64,000 nt of DNA from Eledone cirrhosa (lineage: Eukaryota): NCBI GenBank assembly GCA_964016885.1, contig OZ024752.1, positions 37,696,001 to 37,760,000 of the forward strand, in the 5' to 3' direction. Under the pieces are notes generated by a model. That model made no database searches and was not told the origin of the DNA. It worked only from the letters and a program-made list of their open reading frames with translations. Shown here one piece after another: positions 1-15,740 of the stretch. The position numbers were made by a program, and so were the translations under genes. Position 1 is the stretch's first letter; each line of letters starts with the position of its first letter.

Positions 1-3000
1 CCAAGTTAGTACTGAAGTGGGGCTACTGACCTCCCAGGCAGGCCAGAGATCTACATCTAATTGATGTATGGTCTCACATTCTACTGAGTGCACAGGAAAG
101 GCTGTCATATCTTTGACACAACTGAAGGGTCCTCACAACAGCTTTGTGCAGCTGGATACCCTTCCTATCACCATTACATTTATTTTGTGCTGACATGGGT
201 GGGATGGGTTGTCATGGGTCTGAGACTACACAGGTTTAAGAACCACATCTTGATCAGATGTTCCATTTTTGACTATGATTTCCACAGCTGGATACCCTCC
301 CTGATACCAACCTCTTTACAGGATGTACTGAGGTTACTGGTTGCAGTTTATCATTTCACCAGCATTTGAGGATTCAACAGTCAATCATTTCGTATTTTCA
401 TATTGATTTTCAAAATTATTCTATTAATATTATGGATACTATGCTCAAAGTAGAAATACATTTTTATTTTTGTATCTCACTTGTTCACTTAACCATGTTT
501 TGACAAACATTTTGGTTTTCCTGTTAAATGTCTAAATATTTGAGTCATTGTTAATAATAGAAGTTTTCAGACTATTGATTTCTTCTTTAGAAATAAAATT
601 GGTTTTAATATTTATAGTGGGTGTGATTTGCTGATTGCCCAGTGATCAAAATCGTGGATTTTGCATGTAGTTATATCACATTTATTTATTAGAATTATGT
701 TAAAACTATGATTCTATGAGTGGGATTTTTAAAATAATTTTACATCTACTTTCCCATGCTGTCATGGATTGAATGGGAGTTTTAAGGCCAAATGTCTTTT
801 CTCGCACCAAACCTTTTACCAGCATACAGGTGTGTGTATGTATATTTATCTGAAATACTAGCAGTTGGTACTTTATAAGAAAAATAACTCAATACATAAG
901 AGTGTGTATTTTTAATGGGGGAAGGGGTACAATTCCTGACAATGAGGTGATAATCAGAAGTCTAATGATTCTCAGCTGAGATGAAAATGGTCAGTCCCTG
1001 TAAGAAATTGTACCTTCAATTCTATCAGATTGTGTGTGTATATAATATATATACACACACAATCTGTGTACATGTGTGTGTGTATCTGTGTAAAAATCCT
1101 CCTCAGTTGAAAATGTCCTCTTAGATTAAAAGGGCAGTCAATCCCAAAATGTGAGATTCCTCTTCACTGTATGACATACCAATACTTATGAATTTCACTG
1201 TATAATTTGTTTCATCACAGATCATTACTAATCTCCACAGACTATTTCTTATATAATGTGTGTGTGTATTTTTAGAGTGTATCAAAAAGAATCATCCGAT
1301 TTCAAAAGGCTATATTTTTTAAACAAATGACCATATAATCATGCAGTGACTTGCACAATACATATCTGAATATAAAGTTTTATTCTTTTTTATAACTTTT
1401 ATAAAGTTAAACATATTTTCTTTCCATATATGGAGTTACTATCAGTTCAATAGCATCATTGTTAACAATCCCAAGGGAGTTCAGATTGGTTGACCCCTAA
1501 AGTTAACTCCTGTGGAACAGCATAAGAATCTGTAGAACAATCTAGAAGGTCACCAGGCATTTGTTGTCTCATGTGAGAAAAGGAAATCAGGACCAGGTGG
1601 GTAGAGCATAAAGTATAATTTAAAAGAATAGAGAAAAAGGATGATCAGGTGTATTTTTTTTCCTAACCACTCATATTCATTCTTTTTTTCCAGGTGTCTG
1701 TGTATATTTACACACAAACATAGTTTAACTTATGTCAAAGTCTCCATGGAGGGGAAGGTGCAGGTCAAACAAATTAATACGAGAGAAATAAATGTCTCCT
1801 ATATAAATGACAATTTTTGTCTTTTTCACTGTTGGTTATGTGTGTGTGTGTGTGTGCATATATATTTGCGTGTGCCTGTGTAATGTGAGAGTGTGCGCGC
1901 GCGCATGTATATCACTGTCATTCTTTTCTAAAATATCTTCAGAAACAATGTTTTCACTGGAGCCATGCTCGCCTCTCTCACTTGGAAATAGTATGGGGAA
2001 CTCAATAATGTTATGTAGCAGGGGTGGGCTTTCTATCGGAGACAAATATTTCATTGTCATGTCATGTCATGCTATGCTAAGGAAAAATTTAAAACTGTGT
2101 GCAGTGCCACTAAACTTACATATAATTGCTACATGAAGTCTCAAATAATCTAATAATGTCAGTCCCTTAACCAGCCTGGGTTTATGATAAAAAAAAAAAA
2201 ACTATTTTAAAATGTTTATACTTATATTAAAACCTATCAGAATTTTTTGATAGTTTCAAAATCTATTAAAATACATAAGCAGTGGGTATCATTAAAAATA
2301 TGGAATGTAGATGTTATTTGAATATTAATCTTGGGTTTTGAGTTTCTATAGGGTGGTTTGCATCTAAGCAATAGTGATGATAATTTTTATGCTTTGGTTC
2401 AACTATTATAGGAGGGCTCTGGATCTTCTGGAAATATTATTTTCATTTGGATTTATCCAGAGGGGCATTCGTCGCTGATCCATTTATCACATTTTCCAGA
2501 GCTAAGCGTCAAAGTTTAGATGCCCCTATTGCTCGTGGAAATGGTGTATATGTATATAATTAGTTTATCAAACTGTATCTATCTAACTAGGTGTGTGTCT
2601 ATACGTATGCACACACACGCACATAAATGCTCTGCTTGACATTTTCTCTCCTGGTAACGATGACCTTCTGTAAATGTTAGCGGAATAGGGAAGGTATGTG
2701 TAAAACCACATTTACAAGTCGTTAACAACACGGTTCAACAACTTTCTAGTCGAAATAAAATATCTAGTTGCACACAGCAGTTACTTCAGCTCACTATAAA
2801 CGGTCTCCATAGGTATTTCCCCCTCAGCCATATTATTACTAAACCGCTAAGGTAGTCCACCTGTTGTAAAAGTCACCCTGCTGATAATAATAATAAGAAA
2901 AGAAGATTAAAAAAAAAAAAACAAACACGCAGGAGTAAAAGCTAATTAACCAACACTATTATAATCCCGAGTTAAGTCCCTTGCACTACCCATTTTGTTT

Positions 3001-4359
3001 TTTAGAAACAACTTTTGGGGAATTTTTTAAACTTTGCACGCGTAGGTTACGTAGCGACGACTGACCACAGAAAAACTAATGAACCTCACAACTTCCCATT
3101 CTTTTTTCTAGCCTAAAGCAATCTAAAACTTTGTTTAAGGAGAAACTTTATTAACAGAAATAACAGAGTAGATCTTGAAGGTTTTTTTTACAGTATTTAG
3201 TTTGATAACTCCAGTTCTAAATTCCAGTCTAGCCGATTTCAATAAAATATTTGAAATTTTTCATTACTCTACTAAAGACAAATTTTAGTAATACAAGCAT
3301 TTTATTCGTAATAAATGCTACACTCGCGTTTAACCCAAATGTTTCTAGCTGGTAAAAAAAAGCGAATTATCTAACTAGATTTCATATTTCAATAATTGTT
3401 TGCTAACGTGACACGCCCTTTGTCACCGAATATCAAATCATCCGATTCTAGTAGTATTTTCTAGATACTAATTCCTATTCTAAATTAGAATATTCATTTT
3501 AAAAGATAAGAATAATTGGTTTACAGTAAAAAAAAAAAAGGAATTTTCGAATTCCATTTATTAAAGATAGAGAATACTTATATTTTTACGTGGGGAAAAT
3601 TATATACCATACAATAAATAAAATACAAGTTCAACTACAAAAAGCAGAATTTTTAAAGAAATTTTATAATATTCGTTAGTATTAATTTACATACTATTAA
3701 AATATACAATAATCTGGAGAGAGAGAAAAATGTTTGCGCCATAAACAAAACAAAAAACCTAACTGAAGATGTTGATTTAGGGATGAGCGGGTCCTTGTAG
3801 CAATGTATAACAGCCATATCGAATACAGGTGGTTGGTGACAATGTAATTTGAAAGAACTGAAAACTAGGGAGCGACATCGGAGTATTGTCTTGACTGTTG
3901 CAGTTTAAATAAATGCTGTATATGACAAACCTTTGTTTTCTCCCACACTTTTTTCTTGTTTTCTTTTTCGTACATTCCTTAACGCTTATTTCCCGTTCTA
4001 CAAATAGTTTCCTAATCGCCCTTTTCCTTTGTTCCTATTACTCTACTCATACAGTTGTTTCCTCGGATAATAGTTGCAATAACCGAACTGATCCGTGGTA
4101 TGTACTTAAAAGATTAGCCAAAGCTCCAACTTGGAAATAAATGTTTGTTTTTTCCTCTCATAGTTTGTCATTTCCGTTTTAGGTGAGGAAATAAATTTTT
4201 GCAAAGATAGAAATCAAAATTTATGTTATGCGCTCTTAAAAACACTCTAAACTAAACTTCCTATTTCCCCTTTCTTGACGACGACAACTTGTTCTTATAT
4301 TAAATCCATCAATAAGAAAATTTACTTTATCTTTCTCTCTCTCTCTTTTGTTCTAGGTC

Positions 4360-4369
4360 CCATATAAGG
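4360..4369 (+). promoter_or_regulatory. CArG box (SRF site) upstream of exon 1b
   Basis: CCATATAAGG fits CC(A/T)6GG and lies ~640 bp upstream of the exon 1b ATG. Confidence 0.55.
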
Positions 4370-4552
4370 AATAATAAATTGCCGTCTCATCCGTCATTCG
4401 TTTTTTGTCACCAGCGACTAGATTAAGTCCTCCGCCCCCTTTCTGTCATCTCCTGTCCTTCTTCTAGCAGTGGGAGGTGTGATAAATACCAGAAAAGCGC
4501 TTATTCCAGGTGTAGCAGTACTACTGCATATCACATGATTAAAATGGCCATC

Positions 4553-4562
4553 CCTTATTAGG
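4553..4562 (+). promoter_or_regulatory. Second CArG box upstream of exon 1b
   Basis: CCTTATTAGG fits CC(A/T)6GG and lies ~190 bp from the first box. Confidence 0.55.
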
Positions 4563-5001
4563 ACGCGGATAGATATATTTGATGAATCATAACATAGATT
4601 TCCTAAATAAAATTGTATTGATAGATTCTCTAAAGTATTTCCTCTTGACAAAATCCTATACTTTGATATGCCAACTATAAGTAGCCGTAATTGTGTAAAT
4701 AGAGCGCTATTTTCGCAAATTACATGAGTGTTAAATTTTGTCCAGTGTAGTAACACAACAGGGTGCACAGTCAACCGGCTTCACAACGTAACAATTCAAC
4801 TGTCCGCCATTAGTGTTGCCGCATACTTAGTAGTTATTTCATACTACTTTCATATAGCCTTTTTTTTCCCCAAAAAAGCTTCGGATTATTATCGTCAAGG
4901 ATTTATCGCTCGGCATTTATATATATATACATATATTTGTTTTAAAACTGGGATTATAATACCATTACTTTTAATCGAACACTTAATTATTTGGCATCAA
5001 A

Positions 5002-5121
5002 ATGGCTTTGGATTTAGTTAAAGCTAGACTCCGTACACTTGCGGACCAACTAACAAAAATTACTGAAGAAAGGGATGACTTCAAATTAAAGTTGGATGCT
5101 GAAAAAAATGCGAGAGAAGCA
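5002..5121 (+). CDS. TPM: Tropomyosin exon 1b (first coding exon of the short/low-MW isoform)
   Basis: caaaATGG start; 40 codons MALDLVKARLRTLADQLTKITEERDDFKLKLDAEKNAREA; phase-0 donor GCA|GTACGT matches the phase of exon 3; resembles vertebrate exon 1b (..EAVKRKIQ...ERRAREQ). Confidence 0.85.
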
Positions 5122-8100
5122 GTACGTAGATATATATATATATATACATAAACATACATGTATAATCACAATTTCAAAACTATTTGTATTATCTCTCCCT
5201 TATTTTTGTCTATCTTTAATGACACTTCTGTCTGATTTTCTTCCATCCGTTATGTTCAGCATAGTTTACCTTTTAATCTAATTTTTTTTCTGTTAGGTTT
5301 GTAGGTAATTTGGTTTATATACTATATAGTTGTTTGATCGTTTAAACTCCATGTATTATTGGCAGTTGACCCCCGGCTTTATTTGAACGCTGGAACCTGA
5401 GGCACTGAACTACATAGATACCATAAAACATTTAACCCGTCTCCTCTGCAGATATTCACCCGCCCTCCTTCACCTATAACTGGTTTTCATTTAATGCTGT
5501 TTTTACTATTACACCTATAATAATTTGTTTTATTTTTTTCACTTTTTTCATTCTTTAATTTCATATCTGCACATATATTTTAGATCTAGATTGTTTCTTA
5601 TATATATATATAACCTTTGAAACAATTTGATTAGTGTATGTTTTTACATAGGTTCAAAGTGACTGTCTATTGTAATTTAATATAAATTATCATTAGTATT
5701 AGGATCTGATTTATCTTGACTTGAGCCATTCCGATGATCTGGACGAAATAATAGACAGTTTCGCTTTTCAGTATCAATTGGATGTGTAAGCAAATTTGAC
5801 CGCTTTCTTCATTAACCTCGCCCAACAACCATTTTATAACCTCCTTCAGACAGACAACACTCAACTATGATTTTGTCTGGAAGCTCCCTTAGTGACACAC
5901 CACACTCATATCCATGAAAAAAAAAATATATATATATTTATTTAAGATAAGCAATGCAAATTATTTAGATGGAACTCCCAAGTTTCCTGAGAATTTCTGA
6001 TCGTTTAAAAATCACCATATATTTTTTGATTTCTTGGGTGTAATCTCTACCTTTTAGTCCCAAGATGTGAAACTGATAACAATCGTTTAATATTGTTCTT
6101 GTGTTAAAAGAGTGGTTACCATTCTACTTAGCATACAGTTGCATATATATTCTTGTCTGTAAATGCAAAAAAGTCTTGACAATATGTGAATGTTCATGTG
6201 CAAAAGGTTTATTCAAACACTAATTAGATCACGCCTTCAAAAAAAAAATGGTAATGATTTCCATTGCTATGTTAGAGATTCGTATGTCTCTGTGTTGAAA
6301 GTATATTTAATTGATTACTACATGTATCTATCTGGTTATGTTAACCTAGAAAAATAAAGAGAAAGTTTCTGGCATGAAACTGGTTTAGCCTAGCTGAGTG
6401 TCATTTCAGAATTATGAATGTTGGCTTTCAAGGGAGGTAAATTGTATCTATTGACGCCTTATTCAAGGAAAGATAATAACCTTAATCTTGAACCACCCAT
6501 TTCACTGCATGTCTCTTTTTTCCTGTTTGACATTTAATTTTTTTCTCTTTTCATATTTAATTATAACCAACATTATTCTTATATTCTACAATTTTCTAAA
6601 TAATTTTTTTTATTGACAAAAATTGCATCTATACAATTAATTCTAAACTTGGGTGGGTGTTAAGTCTTCGATTTAAAAAGAAAATTATATTGTTAATAAT
6701 ATTTATTTGCAGGGGGTTAATCTGGGTAATTGTTTGCATTTTTAGCATTAAATCTATATTTTCTATATAGCAAATATATCGCTGGTTCCATAATTTAAAT
6801 GTCTGTCTTATATATGTTGAGGGTCCAACACTTTTTTATCTAACAGAAAAAGGATGTTTATATTCAGTCAAAAAAACAATGCCCCCACTCCAATCTGGCG
6901 CTAATCCAGTTTCACATCTCACTTAACATTCGTTTACAATAACTACACGTAAAAACCTGCTAGAAATAGCAGTAAAAACCGTCCTTCTACCATCTTATAA
7001 AAAAAAAAGAGAGCGTTGGGTAACATTGTTCTAGAGACACTGAAATAAGTCGGAATGGTCACGGTTAGAATGTTTTTGATCATGGGTCTGCTCGTCTGAG
7101 GCTAAATAATATTTAAAAAAGGATAATTAAAAAATTTCTTTTAAAGCAATTGTGGGGAAATAAATTATAAATATCATTGTATTTATCACCGCTTCTCCCA
7201 CCCCGTCACCTTCCTTTTTAATATTTATATCCGATGATCTAAACCTAAAATAAATTAGAGAAATTATTTTAGTAAAACATTTTTAAAAAGTCGACTAGAT
7301 AAATGACAATCTCATTAGTATTATTAGTATATTCCACGAAAACCATTAGTTATTCCCTTTGAGAGGCGAGTCTCTATAGTAAGTGTCAAAAATCGACACT
7401 TCCACGCCGCATTAAAAAAAAAAAAAAAAAAGAGAAACTATGTATGAATGAAGAAAGAAGCTGTACTAACTCGCATGGCTGAAAAGCAAGTCAGACTAAT
7501 TTATTATGCGATTTCTAAGTGTTGGCTTTTCAAAACACAGTCTCTGCATAGATGGAGATAAAATAGAATGAGTCATTCTGAAATGAAATCAGAGATATTG
7601 CTGTTTGACAAAGGTTTTAATTAAAAATAAGTTTGCCCCTCTTTTTCTTATAAAATACATCACCGGTTTTGTAATGTTTAAATACTTCTAGATAAAATTG
7701 TATTTCTTAGATAATTATTTCATTTACCAGTGGTTTCTTGAAGACAAATGTTGTCTCTGTCTTCGGTCGTCAGAATGAATAAAAAAAACATGGTGTTTTT
7801 ATTAAATATGGATTTGAAAACAAATCTCTGTAGCCTACATAGAGCACTTTTTTTCCTGTACATTTCTGACGGAAATACTTCATAAAATTTTATTTCTATA
7901 GATTGCACCTAAAATCAATCACTTGTTTTAGAATCTTCTTCCTTATTGATCAATATCATATCTGGGTGTATCGATTGTGTTTCTATCATATTCCTATCTT
8001 CGGTACTCTCCAAGAATTCGTTAAACCCTAAAATCCTTTTTCTCTTTCATATTATTACCTGTTAGTCAATAATGAATATCCCTTAACCCCACATGCAGAT

Positions 8101-8757
8101 GACGATCTCCTCTTTCCCCCTCCCCCGGGGCCTTTTCTTTTAAACCAACTTGACTACACATTCATTTTGTCTTTAAATGAGTGCCTCGCCTACATTCTTC
8201 AGTTACTATTTGACAACCTGGCCATTAACAATATAAAGCGACTGTAACTTAATTCATGCTGAAAAAATAATAATTAAAAGCTCCTGTCCCACTTATAGAT
8301 GTTCTGACACTGCTATGTACGACTACATAGCCATTTTTTAAAACTCCATATTGTCAACTCCGCTAATCGCATAAAATAGCCGATAAATATTTAACTGTGA
8401 ATGATTGTTCAATTATTTTTTCTCCTATTGTGTATGCTTCTTTCATCTAAAATACTGTAGTAGTAGTGGCTAGTTGGTATCAATAGGTCTCTCTCTATTC
8501 TGGACATGGCCAATCCTCTATCTTCTCTGACTAAATACCGCTCCTACAAAATACTTTTTTTTTTTTTTTTTAAATGTTTTTGTGTTCTGTCCACCCCGCT
8601 TAAACAAACCTGTTGCACCAGTATTTCGTCCTCTCACCAAAATGTAGCCGTTTTTATTTTAGTAACTCTTACACGCTCAATCATATCCCTGAACTGAAGC
8701 AACGCTCATGTGCTGCTGGCGATATTCCTTGGAAACGAGGATATAAAATTGTTGCGG

Positions 8758-8794
<37 letters not shown>

Positions 8795-9008
8795 GAAAAA
8801 TAATTGGGAGGTAGAGTTAAGAAAAGGTGTTTTAAATAACTGGAATATGTAATTTCTGTACCGCTTTCTTGTGATGTTGCTCTATTGAAAATTATATATA
8901 GTGTATGTAGTTTTGGGTGGAGTGATTCTGTGCTGAAAGAAGTTAGATGCTAGTAGTAGAAATATGAAGTAGCTTAGATATATACAAGTAGTACGTCTAT
9001 GTCGACTT

Positions 9009-9050
<42 letters not shown>

Positions 9051-11394
9051 TGTGTAGAAAAATTATGTTAATAAAAGTTTCGTAACATTGATGGCTAGTA
9101 AAATATGTAGTACTTTCAAAGGGAGTGGTCAGTAAGTGTTGGCAGTTGAAAATGCAGTGAGATGAGATGGACTTTTTTTTTTTTTTTTTAAACATGGCAT
9201 GATGCTTCAAGTTATTGATAGCTTATGAGGGTAATTCTGTCTAGACCTTATTAATAAATACGACCAGTCCCGTTATCTTATTGTATATTTTATTAACTTG
9301 GGATTTTAGCAGCGGTAAAAAAGCTAGATCTGTCAATGGCAAAATGTGTCATCAAATTAACTACTATACATCATCGCACCTGAAATACTATCTCAGCCAT
9401 CAACGCTAGAAAGATATTTCCTCATCTCGTGTAGATTTTATCGCCATTTCATGGAATGTAATTAGTTAAAAATTAACTTTATGAGAGAGAGAGAGAGATT
9501 ATGTTGGCATATAATTTCCACTTTTAGAAATTTATCTTTCAGTTGTCAAATATAACATTAGTATTTTTTTTTTTTTTTTGTGGTATTTGCATGATTTAAT
9601 TAATTGTTTTGTTCTTCCCAAATAATTTATTATACACTCATTCTTCAGTGGTTATCAAACAATTCTGTTTTAGTAACTTTATTTAAGGCAACTATTTAGG
9701 TATAACTAGTTTAGCCACCACTCCCTCCAACTTTCGTTTCTTAACTTGATACAGCTTTGCAGAGATTCTTCATTTTCGATTATTTTGATGGCTTAAAGAA
9801 AAAAGTTTGGCGGGGGAGCGGGTGTTTCCCTCCTGCAATTCAGAGTTGTAAAAATTGACATTACGTTCCAGCATAAAATCGACGGCATTATCCTAATTAA
9901 TAATATTCATTATCAACATAAATTTGGAAAATAATCATTATCATCATCTCATTAACATAATCGTAATCTTTATCTCCAAAAACATCTTTGTATTTTCATT
10001 TAAAAATAGGATTATTAAGAAAGTTATGGAGAAACAAAGTCAGTAGAACAGGTTGGAGGTGTCTTAAATTAAACTAGTTATGTTACCTATGTATTACAAC
10101 TATCATTGATAGTGTTAGATGACTTAATAAGAGGGGTTCGGACAGGTACGTCATTTAACAGTGATACCTCAAATTCCGCCTGGGTTGAATTTCACATTAA
10201 ATGTTTTTCGAGGGTATTAACATAATTATTGGTTAAATACTGGTATAGTTTGGTCAAATGTCGTATGGTGCTTAATTTAGAAATCATTGTTATTTCCAGT
10301 ATTATCAATTAGATATCTTGCGGTGTTTAGTTGGCGGATTTGAACCTGTAACTAAATACTTTTGTATTTGGTTCGAATTTTGTAAAGATCACTAAATTAT
10401 TGGTATTACTGTAGGTGGTGAAAAGACCAAATTCATTTGCCTATAAGATTTCTTTCTCACTCTGAGTTCAATTCATGATGGAGTCAGCTTCTTCATTTCA
10501 TCCCTCCATGGTAACATAAAATAAGTATTGATGTACTAAGCACACTTTCCCACCGCCATAGTAAAAGATCGCCGTTGTTGTTATTCAGACTTTTAAATAT
10601 TTCTACTTAAAGAAGTGAACATCACAAATTCTCATTCCGATTTATAAATTTGACGCTACATTACATAAATTATATTTTAATCATTGTGTAATGATTATAT
10701 ACATTGCTTATTTTCGTGAGGGGTGGAAGGAAAATGAAGTTGCCGGGTGTGGTACATAATAGAATTTTATAGAAAGGAGTGTCAATTTGTAGGGGATTAT
10801 ATTAAAACTCTTTAAAATTTTGATGACTATTTGATGGAAAGTGTCTATATAAGATGTGATGTATAATGAAGCTGAATAAAACTTAGAAACAATAATCGTT
10901 CTTTATTTATGCACAAGTCCAACAATTTTAAGGATGAAAAGCGAAGCTAACCTCGGCTGGATTTGAATTCATAACGTAAAGGAACGTAACTAAATGCCGC
11001 GGAGCATGTTGTCTGGCGCTCTGCCGATTTTACTGCCTAACCACCGCCCTTAGAAACAATATACAGGAGACTGGAAGCATCATATACTTTCATATGACAC
11101 ATATGACTGACTACATTGTGTTTTACCATGTCATGAGCCATACAAATCATTGGCTTGATGCCTACAATAGATTTCTATGTATTATGTAATACTTTCTACT
11201 ATTAATGGTTAAAGCTTATCAGATATTTATAATATATATTAATGCATATAATTATCAATATTCTTTCCTTTCGTTGCTGCCATTGTTAAGCTGGATGGGT
11301 CTGCAATAAAGCAACCATATCACCATTTCTCTAAACTATCTGCCATCTCTCTCTTGAGTGCCTATACAATAGCACATATATCAATGTTATAATG

Positions 11395-11453
11395 ATATAT
11401 TTATACATACGTGTGTATGTATGTATGTATGTATGTATATATATGTATGTATG

Positions 11454-11484
<31 letters not shown>

Positions 11485-11827
11485 ATATATATATATATAT
11501 GTGTATGTATGTATATATATATATATATGTGTATGTATGTATATATATATATGTGTATGTATATATATATATATGTGTATGTATATATATATATATGTGT
11601 ATGTATATATATATATATGTGTATGTATGTATATATATGTGTATGTATGTATATATATATGTGTATGTATGTATATATATATGTGTATGTATGTATATAT
11701 ATATGTGTATGTATGTATATATATATGTGTGTATGTATGTATATATATATGTGTGTATGTATGTATATATATATGTGTGTATGTATGTATATATATATGT
11801 GTATGTATATGTATGTATGTATATGTG

Positions 11828-11859
<32 letters not shown>

Positions 11860-12147
11860 TATATATATATGTATATGTATGTATATGTATATATGTATGT
11901 ATATGTATATATGTATGTATATGTATATATGTATGTATATGTATATATGTATATGTATGTATGTATATATGTATATGTATGTATATATGTATGTATATGT
12001 ATATATGTATATGTATGTATGTATATGTATATATGTATATGTATGTATATGTATATATGTATATGTATGTATATATGTATGTATATGTATATATATATGT
12101 ATATGTATATATATATGTATATGTATATGTATGTATATATGTATATG

Positions 12148-12180
<33 letters not shown>

Positions 12181-12295
12181 ATATATATATGTATATATAT
12201 GTATATGTATATATATATATATGTATATATATGTGTATATATATGTATATGTATATATATATGTATATGTATATGTATATATATATATATGTATG

Positions 12296-12329
<34 letters not shown>

Positions 12330-12663
12330 TGTATATGTATATATGTATATGTATATGTATATATATATATGTATATATATATATGTATGTATATGTATAT
12401 GTATATATATATATGTATATGTATATATATATATGTATGTATATGTATATATATGTATATATATGTATGTATATGTATATATATGTATGTATATGTATAT
12501 GTATGTATATGTATATGTATATGTATATATATATGTATATATATATGTATATGTATATATATATGTATATGTATATGTATATATATGTATATGTATATAT
12601 ATGTATATATATATGTATATATATGTATATGTATATATATGTATATGTATATATATGTATATA

Positions 12664-12698
<35 letters not shown>

Positions 12699-13366
12699 AT
12701 ATATGTATATGTATGTATATGTATATATATGTATGTATATGTATGTATATGTATATGTATGTATATGTATATGTATATGTATATATATGTATGTATATGT
12801 ATATATATGTATGTATATGTATATATATGTATATATATGTATATATATATATATATGTATATATATGTAAATATTTTATGTATATATATATGTATATGTA
12901 TATGTATATAAATATATATATATGTATGTATATGTATATATATGTATATATATGTATATATATGTATGTGTATGTATGTATGTATATATATGTATGTATG
13001 TATATATATATATGTATATATATATGTATGTATATGTATATATATATATGTATATGTATATGTATATATGTATGTATATGTATATATATATATGTATATA
13101 TATGTATATATGTATATATGTATATGTATATATGTATATATATATATGTATATATATATATGTATATATATATATGTATATATATATATGTATGTATATG
13201 TATGTATATATATATATGTATATATATATATGTATGTATATGTATGTATATATATATATGTATGTATATGTATGTATATATATATATGTATGTATATGTA
13301 TGTATATATATATGTATGTATATATATATGTATGTGTATATATATATGTATGTGTATATATATATG

Positions 13367-13462
<96 letters not shown>

Positions 13463-13489
13463 TATGTATGTATATATATATATGTATGT

Positions 13490-13569
<80 letters not shown>

Positions 13570-13571
13570 GT

Positions 13572-13611
<40 letters not shown>

Positions 13612-13612
13612 G

Positions 13613-13678
<66 letters not shown>

Positions 13679-13705
13679 TATGTATGTATATATATATATG
13701 TATGT

Positions 13706-13759
<54 letters not shown>

Positions 13760-13770
13760 GTATATATATG

Positions 13771-13801
<31 letters not shown>

Positions 13802-13802
13802 G

Positions 13803-13833
<31 letters not shown>

Positions 13834-13835
13834 GT

Positions 13836-13875
<40 letters not shown>

Positions 13876-13913
13876 GTATATATATGTATGTATGTATATA
13901 TATGTATGTATGT

Positions 13914-13993
<80 letters not shown>

Positions 13994-13995
13994 GT

Positions 13996-14049
<54 letters not shown>

Positions 14050-14050
14050 G

Positions 14051-14102
<52 letters not shown>

Positions 14103-14106
14103 TATG

Positions 14107-14179
<73 letters not shown>

Positions 14180-14272
14180 GTATATATATATATGTATGTA
14201 TATATATATATGTATGTATATATAGGTATGTATATATAGGTATGTATATATAGGTATGTATATATAGGTATG

Positions 14273-14310
<38 letters not shown>

Positions 14311-14343
14311 TATGTATGTATATATATATATATATATGTATGT

Positions 14344-14423
<80 letters not shown>

Positions 14424-14434
14424 GTATATATATG

Positions 14435-14494
<60 letters not shown>

Positions 14495-15740
14495 TATGTA
14501 TGTATATGTATATGTATATATATGTATATAAATATATATATATGTATATAAATATATATATATGTATATAAATATATATATATGTATATAAATATATATA
14601 TATGTATATAAATATATATATATGTATATAAATATATATATATGTATATAAATATATATATATGTATATAAATATATATATATGTATATAAATATATATA
14701 TATGTATATAAATATATATATATGTATATAAATATATATATATGTATATAAATATATATATATGTATATAAATATATGTATATGTATATAAATATATATA
14801 TATGTATATAAATATATATATATGTATATATATATATGTATATAAATATATATATATGTATATAAAAATATATATATGTATATAAATATATATATATGTA
14901 TATAAATATATATATATGTATATAAATATATATATATATGTATATAAATATATATGTATATAAATATATATATATGTATATAAATATATATATATGTATA
15001 TAAATATATATATATATGTATATAAATATATATATATATGTATATAAATATATATATATATGTATATAAATATATATATATGTATATAAATATATATATA
15101 TGTATATAAATATATATATATGTATATAAATATATATATATGTATATAAATATATATATATGTATATAAATATATATATATGTATATAAATATATATATA
15201 TGTATATAAATATATATATATGTATATAAATATATATATATGTATATAAATATATATATATGTATATAAATATATATATATGTATATAAATATATATATA
15301 TGTATATAAATATATGTATATATGTATATAAATATATGTATATATGTATATAAATATATGTATATAAATATATATATATGTATATAAATATATATATATG
15401 TATATAAATATATATATATGTATATAAATATATATATATGTATATAAATATATATATGTGTATATAAATATATATATATGTATATAAATATATATATGTG
15501 TATATAAATATATATATGTGTATATAAATATATATATGTGTATATAAATATATATATGTGTATATAAATATATATATGTGTATATAAATATATATATGTG
15601 TATATAAATATATATATGTGTATATAAATATATATATGTGTATATAAATATATATATATGTATATAAATATGTATATAAATATATATATGAATATAAATA
15701 TATATATGAATATAAATATATATATGAATATAAATATACG

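Noticed and set aside
1424-1433. CArG box CCATATATGG
   Set aside because: Isolated, within a possible transposon remnant, and expected by chance in AT-rich DNA.
1273-1500. Possible Tc1/mariner terminal repeat (gagtgtatcaaaaagaatcatccg)
   Set aside because: Only one end seen, with no partner TIR or transposase.
4323-4381. Acceptor-like pyrimidine tract ...ttctag| at 4356
   Set aside because: The phase-0 frame stops within a few codons, no donor was found, and it overlaps the putative promoter.
1-5001. Tropomyosin exons 1a and 2 (MDAIKKKM...)
   Set aside because: No matching sequence found; they presumably lie upstream of the window.
7448-7495. MKKEAVLTRMAEKQ as another first exon
   Set aside because: Too short, weak donor (CAA|GTCAGA) and no promoter evidence.
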